From Chloroflexota bacterium (GTDB taxonomy: Bacteria > Chloroflexota > Anaerolineae > JAADDB01): a DNA stretch of 34,319 bases. The translations under genes and the position numbers were made by a program. Below the pieces are notes generated by a model. The model did not search any database, was not told the origin of the DNA, and worked only from the letters and a program-made list of their open reading frames with translations. Location: positions 1 through 34,319 of the forward strand of contig JAADDB010000282.1 in NCBI GenBank assembly GCA_013154135.1, given 5' to 3'. Of the stretch, positions 14,522 through 24,025 are shown in pieces (the first letter of the stretch is position 1; the number at the start of each line of letters is the position of its first letter).

Positions 14522-15493
14522 TCACGCCATGGCCAAATCTTCAAAAATGGGCGAAAGATCGGTCAACGTCACACCCTTCTCATCCGCAACCGGCCGCTTA
14601 GCCGGAGGTGCGTCGAAGTAATTCGGGATCCGCTGCTTCAACCGCTCCTCATAAGAGGAAACATTCCGGTTCACCAGGAAGACCCCCGTGGGAATGCGGT
14701 CACCCCACTCGTGCGCCTTCTCAATGAACTGGAGCAGCTTCGCGTCCACCGTCGCTTCATCCGCACCATCCGGGATCACCGGGTCGTACCCTTCCTTCTG
14801 CAAGTCATAAATGCGCGGCCGCCCAATGTCCTTGCCCGAGAACCACTCTTGCGTGTGCAAGTCGTTGTAAGTGGGGCAAGGTTGCAGGATATCCAAGAAG
14901 GACAGACCCGGATGCTCGATGGCCTGCATAATCAAGTCCACCAGACGCCGCACATCATACGCGTACCCCCGGCCGATCCACGTGTACCCCACGGTCATGG
15001 CCAACATGAGAGGGTTCACCGCGCCGTTCATGTTCGGCTCGGGAAGGCTCTTAGTCTGCAGGCCCAAGGGCAACGTCGGTCCTGCCTGTCCCTTGGTCAG
15101 GCCGTACACTTCGTTGTTGAACATGAGGTGGGTGAGATTGGTGTTCCGGCGCCCCGCACCCACGAAGTGCCCCGCGCCGATGGCCATGCTGTCCCCATCC
15201 CCGCTGACCACAATGACCCGCATCTCCGGGTTAGCCAACCGGATGCCCGTGGCATAAGTGAGGGGACGACCGTGCAGAGTGTGCACACCGTACGCGTTCA
15301 CGTGATATTGGGCCTTGCCGGAACAGCCGATACCACCGACCACCGCGACCAAATGTCGCGGGATCTGCAACTTAGCCAACGCCTGCTGGAGTGCGTTCAG
15401 AATACCGTAATCCCCGCACCCCGGGCACCAGTCAATGGGAAACGCTGTCTTATATGTCTTGGGCGTGATCTTGCCCTTAGTTGCCACTGCCAT
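14522..15493 (-). CDS. 2-oxoacid:ferredoxin oxidoreductase, beta (TPP-binding) subunit
   Basis: CPGCGDYGIL and GGIGCSG motifs, TPP-binding GDGD. SD GAGGAGGG lies 5 nt upstream, 13 nt after the alpha-subunit stop. Confidence 0.93.
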   Translation of the reverse strand: MAVATKGKITPKTYKTAFPIDWCPGCGDYGILNALQQALAKLQIPRHLVAVVGGIGCSGKAQYHVNAYGVHTLHGRPLTYATGIRLANPEMRVIVVSGDGDSMAIGAGHFVGAGRRNTNLTHLMFNNEVYGLTKGQAGPTLPLGLQTKSLPEPNMNGAVNPLMLAMTVGYTWIGRGYAYDVRRLVDLIMQAIEHPGLSFLDILQPCPTYNDLHTQEWFSGKDIGRPRIYDLQKEGYDPVIPDGADEATVDAKLLQFIEKAHEWGDRIPTGVFLVNRNVSSYEERLKQRIPNYFDAPPAKRPVADEKGVTLTDLSPIFEDLAMA

Positions 15494-15506
15494 TGGTTCC
15501 CTCCTC

Positions 15507-17450
15507 TTATTCCATCGGGTTGCGCACGATAATGCGCGGTTCTGCTTCGCCGCTGAGGATCTTCTTGAACGCGTCGTACAACGCCTCGCCGGAGAAGGGC
15601 CGTCCGCTGTACTTGAGGACCTGGTAGTCCACCGGCCGACACGCGGTCTCCCGCAGCAGACGGTCCAGATGCCCGGAGTACGTCAACTCCGCGAGGACCA
15701 GCGGTTCAGCGGAATCCAGATAGGGCTTCAACGGCTTAGCCGGGAAGGGCCACAACATGCGGATGTGCAGGAATCGAGTGGGGATCCCCTCCTTAGCCAG
15801 CCGTTCCATCGCGTCCAAGACGGCCCCTTTTGTGGAACCCCACCCGATGATGGTGAACGGGGCATCGGGGTCACCGTAGACCCGGAACTTCTCCTCCTCG
15901 GGGATCTCCGCGCAGGCCGTCTCCAGCTTGCGCATGCGCTTTTCCATCATGCCCTCCCGGGTCACCGGGTCCTCGGTCACCCGACCGATTTCCGTGTGCT
16001 CCGCGCCCGTCAACCAGTGGGTATGACCGGGCTGTCCGTGGAAGGGACGGGGCGAAATGCCCGATTCGGTCATCCGGAAGCGAGGGAAGGGAGGTGTCCC
16101 GTTCGCGTCTTCCACCGGCTCGGCCAGGATGCCCCGGTCAATGCGCACATTGGAGAGGTCGAAGATATCCACCGTCGCGGTGGCACTGGAGAGGGCCTTG
16201 TCCACCAGGTGGATGACCGGCATTTGATAGCGCTCCGCGTAGTTCAAGGACCGGGCCGCATCGTAGAAGGCCTCCTCCACATCCCCCGAGGCCAGGACGA
16301 TGCGCGGGAATTCGCCGTGTCCTCCGTGGACCGCGAAGAGCAGATCCGCCTGGTCCGTGCGCGTGGGCATACCCGTGGAGGGTCCGCCTCGCATGTAGTT
16401 GGTGACGACCACGGGGACTTCGTTGATGCCCGCCCAGCCCAGGGCTTCGGTCATCAAGGAAAGACCGGGCCCCGAGGTAGCCGTTGCCACACGAGCACCG
16501 GTGAGGGCCGCGCCCGCGGCCATGCCAATGGCCGAAAGCTCATCTTCCGTCTGCACGACGACCACGGACCCCATCTCCCCGTTGCGCAGGGGGAAGGTGC
16601 TGTGGGCTTCCAGGAACACACTCTCATCGGTGGCCGGGCTGATGGGGTAATACGTCTGCATCGTCAGGCCGCCGGCCAGTTTGCCCAAGGCCACAGCCTG
16701 GTTCCCGTTGAGCAGGAGGCGCTTGACCGGCTCCTTGGACACGTCCATCCGGAACTCGAAGTCCTCCGTGTCGAAGTTCGTGTGCACGTAGTCGTACGCC
16801 AAGTTCACGGCCTCGATGTTCAAATCGATGACCTTCTCCTTGCCCTTGAAGATCTTCTTGAGCCCGCGGATCACATATTCCGCGGGGAAGTCCAACAGGG
16901 CAGCGGAGATGGCCACGGCAATGGTGTTTAGCGTGCGGTCCGCAATCCCTTTCGGGATGCTCAAACGTTCGGCCAAGGCCTTTGTGATCTCGTCGTACGG
17001 CACGCCGTACGTCTGAACACCCCGCTTACGCGCGTCTTCCAACAAGCCCGCGCTGGTCAGGGGCAAGCCATGGGCTTCGAGAAAGGCTTTCAAATCCTCG
17101 CGCAACCGAGGATCGAGGAAGATCATGCGGTCCAGGGGGGTGTTTTCCGACTTGGTGTTGTAGATGATCGCGCCGCCCGGCACCACGGCCATGGCATGTC
17201 GCACCAGACTTTCGGCCTCAAAGGTCGTCAACAGGTCCACACTCTCCCGGTGGGAGGTCACCGGATGGTGGGCTACCCGGACGTCATAATAGCTATGGCG
17301 CCCTTTGATGTTGGAGTAGTACTCGCGGCGGCCGTAGACGTGCAGACCACCGATGGCGCACGCCCGTTGGAAAATGCCGGCCGCGGTGTCGACCCCGCTT
17401 CCCTGGGGGCCACCGACTCGCCACGCTAGTTCTTCTCGTTGTTTGACCAT
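15507..17450 (-). CDS. 2-oxoacid:ferredoxin oxidoreductase, alpha subunit (two-subunit OFOR type)
   Basis: N-terminus MVKQREELAWRVGGPQGSGVDTAAGIF and a full-length OFOR alpha pattern. ATG 17450 is preferred; the ORF-track start 17672 adds 74 non-conserved residues. Confidence 0.92.
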   Translation of the reverse strand: MVKQREELAWRVGGPQGSGVDTAAGIFQRACAIGGLHVYGRREYYSNIKGRHSYYDVRVAHHPVTSHRESVDLLTTFEAESLVRHAMAVVPGGAIIYNTKSENTPLDRMIFLDPRLREDLKAFLEAHGLPLTSAGLLEDARKRGVQTYGVPYDEITKALAERLSIPKGIADRTLNTIAVAISAALLDFPAEYVIRGLKKIFKGKEKVIDLNIEAVNLAYDYVHTNFDTEDFEFRMDVSKEPVKRLLLNGNQAVALGKLAGGLTMQTYYPISPATDESVFLEAHSTFPLRNGEMGSVVVVQTEDELSAIGMAAGAALTGARVATATSGPGLSLMTEALGWAGINEVPVVVTNYMRGGPSTGMPTRTDQADLLFAVHGGHGEFPRIVLASGDVEEAFYDAARSLNYAERYQMPVIHLVDKALSSATATVDIFDLSNVRIDRGILAEPVEDANGTPPFPRFRMTESGISPRPFHGQPGHTHWLTGAEHTEIGRVTEDPVTREGMMEKRMRKLETACAEIPEEEKFRVYGDPDAPFTIIGWGSTKGAVLDAMERLAKEGIPTRFLHIRMLWPFPAKPLKPYLDSAEPLVLAELTYSGHLDRLLRETACRPVDYQVLKYSGRPFSGEALYDAFKKILSGEAEPRIIVRNPME

Positions 17451-17677
17451 TTTGGATACCCTCGCCTCTTTCCACTTCGAGAAGTGTGATGGAAGATACG
17501 CCGCGCTTCCACCATAAGACGACCAGACCCGCGTCTGTCGTCCCTTATCCATTGTCCATTCATTCCCGGGCCAAGAAAGCATTTTGCGTGCGTGGCAGGC
17601 TTCCCCCACCGCGCACGCAATACACTTCTTCCCGGGAGAAAACAGACAAAGCGAGGGCCAAAGGACCCTCATCCCTC

Positions 17678-17707
17678 ATTTTACTGTAATTAAATCCCGA
17701 GAGGCAA
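17678..17707 (-). promoter_or_regulatory. candidate promoter for the oxidoreductase operon
   Basis: On the minus strand: -35 TTGCCT (17702-17707), 18-nt spacer, -10 TAAAAT (17678-17683). Implies a ~220-nt leader. Confidence 0.3.
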
Positions 17708-17774
17708 ACGGGGGCCCAATTCTTGCGTGTGAGATCGCTTGGAAATGCGGGGTGCGCAAGGGGAACGATGGTTC

Positions 17775-17801
17775 TTGGCTGGGGGCATGTTGGGCTATAA
17801 T
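17775..17801 (+). promoter_or_regulatory. candidate promoter for the GT39 gene
   Basis: Perfect -10 TATAAT (17796-17801). -35-like TTGGCT (17775-17780) with a short 15-nt spacer. Confidence 0.35.
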
Positions 17802-17834
17802 GGAGAACCCGGTTGGGTGGCGGGGACAAGGAGA

Positions 17835-17918
17835 CGAACGACGAACGACGACCGACGACCGACGAACGACGAACGACAACCGACCAACGACCAACGACGA
17901 CCGACCACCGACGAACGA
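17835..17918 (+). repeat. tandem array of 12 heptamers (CGAACGA/CGACCGA/CCAACGA), with no T on the plus strand
   Basis: Strict 7-nt register with invariant terminal CGA. About 95 nt (17834-17928) contain only A, C and G. Lies between the TATAAT box and ATG 17946. Confidence 0.9.
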
Positions 17919-17945
17919 CCACACCAAACTCTTTGGCAATGAGAT

Positions 17946-19634
17946 ATGGATATGACTCGATGGCGTGAACGCTTCGGCGTTCTCTTGCTCTTGTTGATAG
18001 GCATGGGATTGGCCATGTGGGCGGCTTCCACCCAGGCCGGGACGTACGATGAGGTCACGTTCCTGGGGGTGGGCCGCTATCTCTGGCACACGGGGGATTT
18101 TGACATCCAGCACGCGCGCTTTCATCCCCCGCTGATGTATTACGTGAACAGCCTGTTCCTCGAGCTGGGACCCGGCCGATGGGACCTGGGACGTGATGCG
18201 TCCGGGCATTTCACGTACTTCGCGGGGCGCGGTTACCTCTACCACAGCGGACAATCCCCCGATGCGGTGCTGCTCCTGGCCCGCTATCCCTTCATCCTCC
18301 TGTTCGTCCTCCTGGGCAGCGTGCTCTACCGGTGGGGCAAGGAAGTCCACGGTCCGGGAGGAGCTCTGTTGTCCCTGGCCCTCTACGTCTTCTCCCCCAC
18401 GGTGTTGGCCCACGCGTCCATCGCGGGGAACGATTTCCTCCTCACCACCCTGTACACGCTCACCCTCTTCGCCCTGTGGCAGGCCACCCGACGGGGGGGA
18501 ATCGGTCGTTGGGCCCTGGTGGGCGTCCTCTGGGGGGGCACATTGCTGACCAAGGCCACGGGCATGGTGCTTTGGGCCCTCATCCCCGCCCTGGTGATGT
18601 GGAGTTGGTGGTTGGCTCGAAAACAGGCCTGGCCCCGGCCCCTCGCGCTGAAACGAATTCTCGTGGAAACGGCCGGCGCGGGCGTGCTGGCCGTTGTCAC
18701 GGTCATGGCCGGATACGGGTTCCACGGGCTCTACGCGTTCTCGCCCCAGTACCGACCGCATCGCTGGGTCGACCGGTTGGTGGGGTGGATGGGACCGGGC
18801 GTGCGGGATGCGGTGTACGCGCTCATCGAACGCCCCATCCCCGGATACCGATATGTGACCATGCTCCTGCGCCAGTTCGGTCACGTGACCCAAGGACACG
18901 AGGCGTTTTTGCTGGGCCATCGTTCCCGCACGGGCTGGTGGTATTTCTTCCCCGTGGCCATGAGTGTGAAAACGCCGGTAGGCACGTTGCTCCTCTGGCT
19001 GGGGGGACTCGGACGGAGTGGGTGGATGGCGTGGCGGTCGTCGGGGCGTGAGCGATGGCAGACGTGGGGCTGGATAGGGTGGTGGGGGCTCCCGATCCTC
19101 TTCATCGCGGGACCGGCCATGTGGGGACGGGCGAACATGGGCGTCCGGCTGATCTTGCCCCTGTATCCTTTTCTCTTCCTCTTCGCCGGTGCCCTGACTT
19201 CCTCCCGTGCCCCCCTGAAAAGGGGCCGCTGGGTGGTGTGGCTTCTGGTAGGATGGACGGCCGTGAGCGTGCTCCTTCAGGCCCCGCGCTACCTCTCCTA
19301 CGTCAACGAACTCTGGGGAGGCCCGGAGGCCGGTTGGAGGTATGTGGGTGATTCCAACTATGACTGGGGGCAGAGTTTGAAGGAGCTCCGGGAATACCTG
19401 GAGGAGGAGGGGATTCAGGAGATCTACTTGGCTTATTTCGGCGGCGAGTTGCCGGAGATGCGGGGGATTCGCTATCGTCCGTTGCCTTGTCATCCGGTGC
19501 GAGGGGTTGTGGTGATCAGCACCACGTACTTGCAGGGGCTGTATTTGGACAACCCCGAGTGTTACGCTTGGCTCCGAGCGTACAAACCCGTCAAGCGCCT
19601 AGGGCACACCCTGTGGGTCTTCCGAATCCGATGA
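17946..19634 (+). CDS. GT39/PMT-family (ArnT-like) integral membrane glycosyltransferase
   Basis: Multi-pass membrane protein of 562 aa. A DE motif in the first extracytoplasmic loop (GTYDEVTFLG) is typical of PMT/ArnT-like GT-C enzymes. The long minus-strand ORF across it is an antisense artefact. Confidence 0.8.
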   Translation: MDMTRWRERFGVLLLLLIGMGLAMWAASTQAGTYDEVTFLGVGRYLWHTGDFDIQHARFHPPLMYYVNSLFLELGPGRWDLGRDASGHFTYFAGRGYLYHSGQSPDAVLLLARYPFILLFVLLGSVLYRWGKEVHGPGGALLSLALYVFSPTVLAHASIAGNDFLLTTLYTLTLFALWQATRRGGIGRWALVGVLWGGTLLTKATGMVLWALIPALVMWSWWLARKQAWPRPLALKRILVETAGAGVLAVVTVMAGYGFHGLYAFSPQYRPHRWVDRLVGWMGPGVRDAVYALIERPIPGYRYVTMLLRQFGHVTQGHEAFLLGHRSRTGWWYFFPVAMSVKTPVGTLLLWLGGLGRSGWMAWRSSGRERWQTWGWIGWWGLPILFIAGPAMWGRANMGVRLILPLYPFLFLFAGALTSSRAPLKRGRWVVWLLVGWTAVSVLLQAPRYLSYVNELWGGPEAGWRYVGDSNYDWGQSLKELREYLEEEGIQEIYLAYFGGELPEMRGIRYRPLPCHPVRGVVVISTTYLQGLYLDNPECYAWLRAYKPVKRLGHTLWVFRIR

Positions 19635-19731
19635 CCCCTCGGGCTGCCCAAACCGGAATCCCTCTCCGCGGGCCTTGATAAGGCGCATGACCGGCCCAGA
19701 AGCATCAAAACGCCCCACCATCGACATCCCC

Positions 19732-20976
19732 TCACTTCGCGAACAGGCCGACTTCTGCGGCCATGGATTTGTAGTTGTGCCCGGAAGCATACACCCGGAT
19801 CTTGTGCAGAACCGCGGGGCGGGTGTTGGCCTGTTGCCATAGGGTGATCAAGTTCGGACTCTCGTACGGCCACCAGACCTTCGGCGGGATCTTCTCTCCG
19901 TTCGGCGTGGGCCACCCCGTTTCCGGATCGCGGAAGTAAAACCCGTGCACCCAAAACCGGTCCTTGCCGTACACATCCGTGTAGTCGATGCGCACCATAA
20001 GGGGGTATTCCGAGCCCAGGATGCCGCCCCCAGGCAGACTCTGGTACAAAAGCCGCACATCCATGCGCAGCACCAGGGAATCCACATCGCGCACATCCTG
20101 GTTCAACTTCTGCTCGATCCACACCTCCGTGTGCACCCCCTCCTCGGCCATGCGGCTGAACTGGACCGCGCGGCGCCCCCCCACATCCACCACAGAAATG
20201 GTCCCGGGGGTAGCGACCGCGGGTTGGAGGAAGCCGATATCCCACGTGGAACGCAACGGCTGGGTGAAGTTCCCATTCCGCACCAAATTCCGTTCCGCGG
20301 ACACGGGTTCCTGTGGAGGGCGGGAGAGGGGAACCCACGTGCGCTCGTCGGCCTTCACCACCACATCCAGCCCGCGCGCGCTGACCACCACCTCCCCCTG
20401 GCGTACCGTGACATCCATCCCCTGGTTGCTCACATACACGGAAAAGGACGCGACCTGAGCCCGCACCGTCCCGTGGGGCGTATCCACCCGGATGCGCAGG
20501 GGACGGCCGTCGTACGTGCCGCCGACGATCCGGACTCGCCCCTGCTCCACCCGCAAAGCCACCCGAGCGGGGTCCGGGCTCCAGCGGAGAAAGCGGGGAC
20601 GTTTGGCCTCCAGCAGGCGCACTTCCGTGTTCGTGTACATGAGCACGCTCATGATCTCCGCCTGCGACCCGTCCTCCTGTTCCCCGTAGACGGTGAGGGC
20701 CGCGACCGCGGTGTCATCTGTGCGCAAGGCCTGGCCCGGTTTCAGTTGGCGGGGTCGGGTGACCGCGGTCAGCTCGGTTTGTCCCGGCAGCTCCAGCAAC
20801 GCGGTGCCCTGCAAGGGCTGGACGGTGACCGTCATGGTCTGGGTCGCATGTTGCACAAATGCCCGGACCGTCAAGGGTGTTCCCACGGCCAGGAGTATGC
20901 AGAGGAAAAAGGAGACCAGCATGACAACCCACGCGACTCGCTCCGGGTTCTCACGCCAGACATGCTGGATCATCAT
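19732..20976 (-). CDS. membrane-anchored hypothetical protein with FecR-like beta-sandwich and C-terminal CBM-like domain
   Basis: N-terminal TM segment VAWVVMLVSFFLCILLAVG. FecR-like stretch VDTPHGTVRAQVASFSVYV...VTVRQGEVVV. NLVRNGNF start of a jelly-roll domain. SD GAGGAGGGG at the start. Confidence 0.75.
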   Translation of the reverse strand: MMIQHVWRENPERVAWVVMLVSFFLCILLAVGTPLTVRAFVQHATQTMTVTVQPLQGTALLELPGQTELTAVTRPRQLKPGQALRTDDTAVAALTVYGEQEDGSQAEIMSVLMYTNTEVRLLEAKRPRFLRWSPDPARVALRVEQGRVRIVGGTYDGRPLRIRVDTPHGTVRAQVASFSVYVSNQGMDVTVRQGEVVVSARGLDVVVKADERTWVPLSRPPQEPVSAERNLVRNGNFTQPLRSTWDIGFLQPAVATPGTISVVDVGGRRAVQFSRMAEEGVHTEVWIEQKLNQDVRDVDSLVLRMDVRLLYQSLPGGGILGSEYPLMVRIDYTDVYGKDRFWVHGFYFRDPETGWPTPNGEKIPPKVWWPYESPNLITLWQQANTRPAVLHKIRVYASGHNYKSMAAEVGLFAK

Positions 20977-20994
20977 CCCCTCCTCGGACTCGCC

Positions 20995-21549
20995 TCACGT
21001 GGACGTCTCCTCATCAGACGTAGAGGAGGGGGGCTCTGGTTCCTCTTCGGGTGGGGCGGAGAGTTGGGCTTGGATCTTCTGGACGTAGTACTGGGCATCC
21101 TTGTCCGCGGGGTTCACCTCCACCGCGCGTTGGAAGTGGGCCAACGCGGTGGGGAGATCCCCACGCTGGAGGTAGATGAGCCCCAGGTTGTAGTCCACAT
21201 TGGGCGCTTGGGGGTCGGCCTGGAGCGCGCGCTTGAACGCGGCAATGGCCGCGTCCTGCTGTTCCTGCCCCGCGTGTTCCAGATGTCCCAAATACGCGGC
21301 TGCCAAGTTTGTCCAGACCATGGGATTATCGGGCGCTTGTTGTGCGGCTTCCTCCAGGATGGGAATCGCGTCGTTGAAGCGCCCTTGCATGATGTAAGCT
21401 CCGCCCAAGTTGATCTTCACATCCACATCATCCGGGGCCATGTAATAAGCCTTTTCCAGGACGACTGCCGCCTCTTTGGCCTTGTGTTGGGAAAGCAGTT
21501 TCGCCCCTTCGTTGATCAACTCGTGTAAGGTGCGTTTATCCTCACTCAT
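20995..21549 (-). CDS. TPR repeat protein with acidic C-terminal tail
   Basis: Four to five 34-aa TPR-like units (A-x-x-x-Y/F-x-x-A-L-x-x-x-P pattern). Confidence 0.85.
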   Translation of the reverse strand: MSEDKRTLHELINEGAKLLSQHKAKEAAVVLEKAYYMAPDDVDVKINLGGAYIMQGRFNDAIPILEEAAQQAPDNPMVWTNLAAAYLGHLEHAGQEQQDAAIAAFKRALQADPQAPNVDYNLGLIYLQRGDLPTALAHFQRAVEVNPADKDAQYYVQKIQAQLSAPPEEEPEPPSSTSDEETST

Positions 21550-21653
21550 AAGTTCACCCCCACTTCTCTGTCACAGGAAGAACATCAGATTTGCTCGTTA
21601 TCAAAAGCTCTTTCACTTTTCCAAGCCGCCAGGTTTTGTCCAAAGTCCAATTG

Positions 21654-22562
21654 TCAACCGATGAGCAGGGAAAGGAGAACCGTCAACGTCACCACGCTCA
21701 CCGCGGTGGTCACGAAGACCACTTCTGCCACATATTCCGGCTCGCAGTCAAATTCCGTGGAGAGCACGGTGCTCATCACCGCGGTGGGCATACTCGATTG
21801 TACGATGGCCACGGCCCGGAAGGTTCCACTCATCCCCAAATAGCCGGAAAGAAACCAGGCCAAAATGGGCCCCACAATGAGCTTCAGGCCCGTCACGGGC
21901 AACACATCACGCCAATGGATCTTCCCCCCCAGACGACTGAGCTGAATGCCCAAGATGACCAACAAAACGGGAACCGCGGCTTGGCCGCTCAGGTGGAGCG
22001 CCTTGTACACGGGTGCGGGGACGTTCCACCCCTGCCAGTTGGCCAAGAGGGCCAAAAGGGTGGCGTAGACCAGGGGCGTCTTCAGCACATTCTTCAAGGC
22101 CTGAAGGGGATCGGCCCGCCCGGTGGAGGCAATGTAGACGCCCACGCTGTTCGCCAGGAGCGCGTTCATCACAAAGAACAGGATGGCGAATTGGAGACCC
22201 GTGGGGCCAAACGCGAACTGATTGAGGGGCAATCCGTAATTCCCTGTGTTGCTGTTCAGCAACGTCAACAACGTCGCACTGGTGTGAACCCGAGAATAGT
22301 GCCCCAGACGGGCGATGAGCAGGCCCGCTGCGAGCATGAAAAGCGCGATCATGCCGGCCAGGGCAATGGCCTTGAACAGCCCTTTCTGGTCCATGTGGAG
22401 GGTGTACAGGCCGGTAAAGGCCAACGCGGGGGAAAAGACATAAAACACGGCCCGGGAAAGAGGTTGGGGGTCCAACCGAACCGTCCGGTGGAGCAACGCG
22501 CCCATCCCCGCGACCAGGAAAATGGGCAATACCACATTCCAGAGCACGTATAAGAGCAACAC
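21654..22562 (-). CDS. AEC (auxin efflux carrier) family membrane transporter
   Basis: About 10 TM segments, ~300 aa, with an N-terminus ...VLPIFLVAGMGALL typical of AEC/PF03547. GTG 22562 lies 5 nt after the upstream stop. The ORF-track start 22673 would overlap the upstream gene by about 100 nt. Confidence 0.8.
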   Translation of the reverse strand: MLLLYVLWNVVLPIFLVAGMGALLHRTVRLDPQPLSRAVFYVFSPALAFTGLYTLHMDQKGLFKAIALAGMIALFMLAAGLLIARLGHYSRVHTSATLLTLLNSNTGNYGLPLNQFAFGPTGLQFAILFFVMNALLANSVGVYIASTGRADPLQALKNVLKTPLVYATLLALLANWQGWNVPAPVYKALHLSGQAAVPVLLVILGIQLSRLGGKIHWRDVLPVTGLKLIVGPILAWFLSGYLGMSGTFRAVAIVQSSMPTAVMSTVLSTEFDCEPEYVAEVVFVTTAVSVVTLTVLLSLLIG

Positions 22563-22567
22563 GGTGG

Positions 22568-22888
22568 TCAGTCGCCCTCGTCGTCTTGGGTTCGGGTGAA
22601 GTAGAGGTACGTGTCCAAGTCCGGGGCAAAGAACTCGATCACGTAATCCTCGGGCATGCCCGACGGCTCGCACAGATCCTCAACCAGGGCCTCCACAAAC
22701 TCCTGGATTTGTTCCACATCCCACCCTTCCACCGCGGCCTGCCAGAGGAGGAGGGTGCCGTACACCCCATCATCGGTGTAGTGGAGATCGATCTTCCCCA
22801 CGGTCTCCACCTCATCGTCCACATCCCGGTAGAGGGTAAACTGTTCCGAGTAAGGGGTGCGCACAAGCCGGCGCAGGCGCAAATCCAT
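22568..22888 (-). CDS. small acidic hypothetical protein (106 aa)
   Basis: SD AAGGAGG lies 6 nt before ATG 22888. Tightly followed by the AEC gene. No recognisable domain. Confidence 0.65.
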   Translation of the reverse strand: MDLRLRRLVRTPYSEQFTLYRDVDDEVETVGKIDLHYTDDGVYGTLLLWQAAVEGWDVEQIQEFVEALVEDLCEPSGMPEDYVIEFFAPDLDTYLYFTRTQDDEGD

Positions 22889-23039
22889 GACGGCCTCCTT
22901 CATATGAGTTTTGCGTGGCGGATGGTTCCACTCGTTGCGCAATCGATTTCGACAGGACGCCCACGTTTTCGCCCCCTGGCTTTGGAAAGCCAACCGTGTC
23001 CTTCAGCCGAGGGCTTGCCCGGGGGCATTCGCGGTTTTC

Positions 23040-24002
23040 CTATTCTACCCCGTCATCCAGGTCTATGTCGAAATCCAAGAGAGGCGGGAGATAGACGTCA
23101 TCGCTCATAAAGCGCAACTCATCCAGGGCGGTCTCCGCGCTGAGGGAAATGAAATCCTCGGGAGCTTCCATGAGCCGCAGGAGGATGCGCTCCGATTCCG
23201 GGCCCCCGATGCGGCCCAACGCTTCAATAGCCGCCTGCCGGATCTGGGGGTCTTCCTCTTCCTCTTCGGCCATGAAGCGAAGAAGGGGAATCGCGTCCAG
23301 CAGGGCCAGCTCCCCTGCAGCCAAAGCAGCCTCGTACCGGAGTTCGGGGTCGGGACTCGTCAGCTCGGCCAGGATCAAGGGCCCCCACCGTTCGTTCGCG
23401 TTGCGGCCCATGGAGAAGACCGCGCTGGCCTGCATGCGCAGGTCGGGGTGGTAATACGCGGCCTCGATGAGATCCCGGATGTGGGGTTCGTCGATGTAGG
23501 AGACCGCTTCCAGTGCGCGGCGTCGGACTTCCACGTCCTCCTGCTCGTCGTGGGCTGCGCGGATGAGCGCGTTGATGGCCGGGGTCACCTCCCGCTCGGG
23601 GATTTCCCCCAACTCGGAGAGGAGCACAAACCGGCCCAGGGCCGTCGCGGCCGCGGCCCGCACATGGGGGTCCGGGTCATGCTGGAACATGTACAAAAGG
23701 GGGCTGATGAGCGCGGGCGATTCATCCTCCCACAACCCCTCGATGGCCTGGGCGCGCACATGGGGATCACTGTCCCCCAGAAGCCAGCGGAAAATAGGCC
23801 GGAGGTCGTACTCCACGTGATCCTCCACCTGCTCCACCAACGCGTCGATGACATCCTGGCGTCGTGGGGGGGGGAGTTCCTCCCACACCTGTTGGAACGC
23901 CTGCAGTGTCTCCGGGCTTGGGTCCGTCAACAGCGGCCCCAAGTGCCACAAGCGTTCCTCTTCGATGAGTTGTCGCAAACGGGAAGCCAAAGATTCGTTC
24001 AT
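23040..24002 (-). CDS. HEAT-repeat (PBS-lyase HEAT-like) protein
   Basis: At least 6 repeats of D-P-x-V/I-R-x-x-A-x-x-A-L-G (DPHVRAQAIEGL, DPHVRAAAATALG, DPELRYEAALAAG, DPQIRQAAIEALG). Confidence 0.88.
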   Translation of the reverse strand: MNESLASRLRQLIEEERLWHLGPLLTDPSPETLQAFQQVWEELPPPRRQDVIDALVEQVEDHVEYDLRPIFRWLLGDSDPHVRAQAIEGLWEDESPALISPLLYMFQHDPDPHVRAAAATALGRFVLLSELGEIPEREVTPAINALIRAAHDEQEDVEVRRRALEAVSYIDEPHIRDLIEAAYYHPDLRMQASAVFSMGRNANERWGPLILAELTSPDPELRYEAALAAGELALLDAIPLLRFMAEEEEEDPQIRQAAIEALGRIGGPESERILLRLMEAPEDFISLSAETALDELRFMSDDVYLPPLLDFDIDLDDGVE

Positions 24003-24025
24003 CTCAATAACCTACCCTTATGGGG

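Noticed and set aside
17676-19493. 605-aa minus-strand ORF across the GT39 gene.
   Set aside because: Low-complexity R/P/G/E-rich translation with no TM or domain pattern. The plus-strand frame encodes a coherent multi-pass GT-C protein.
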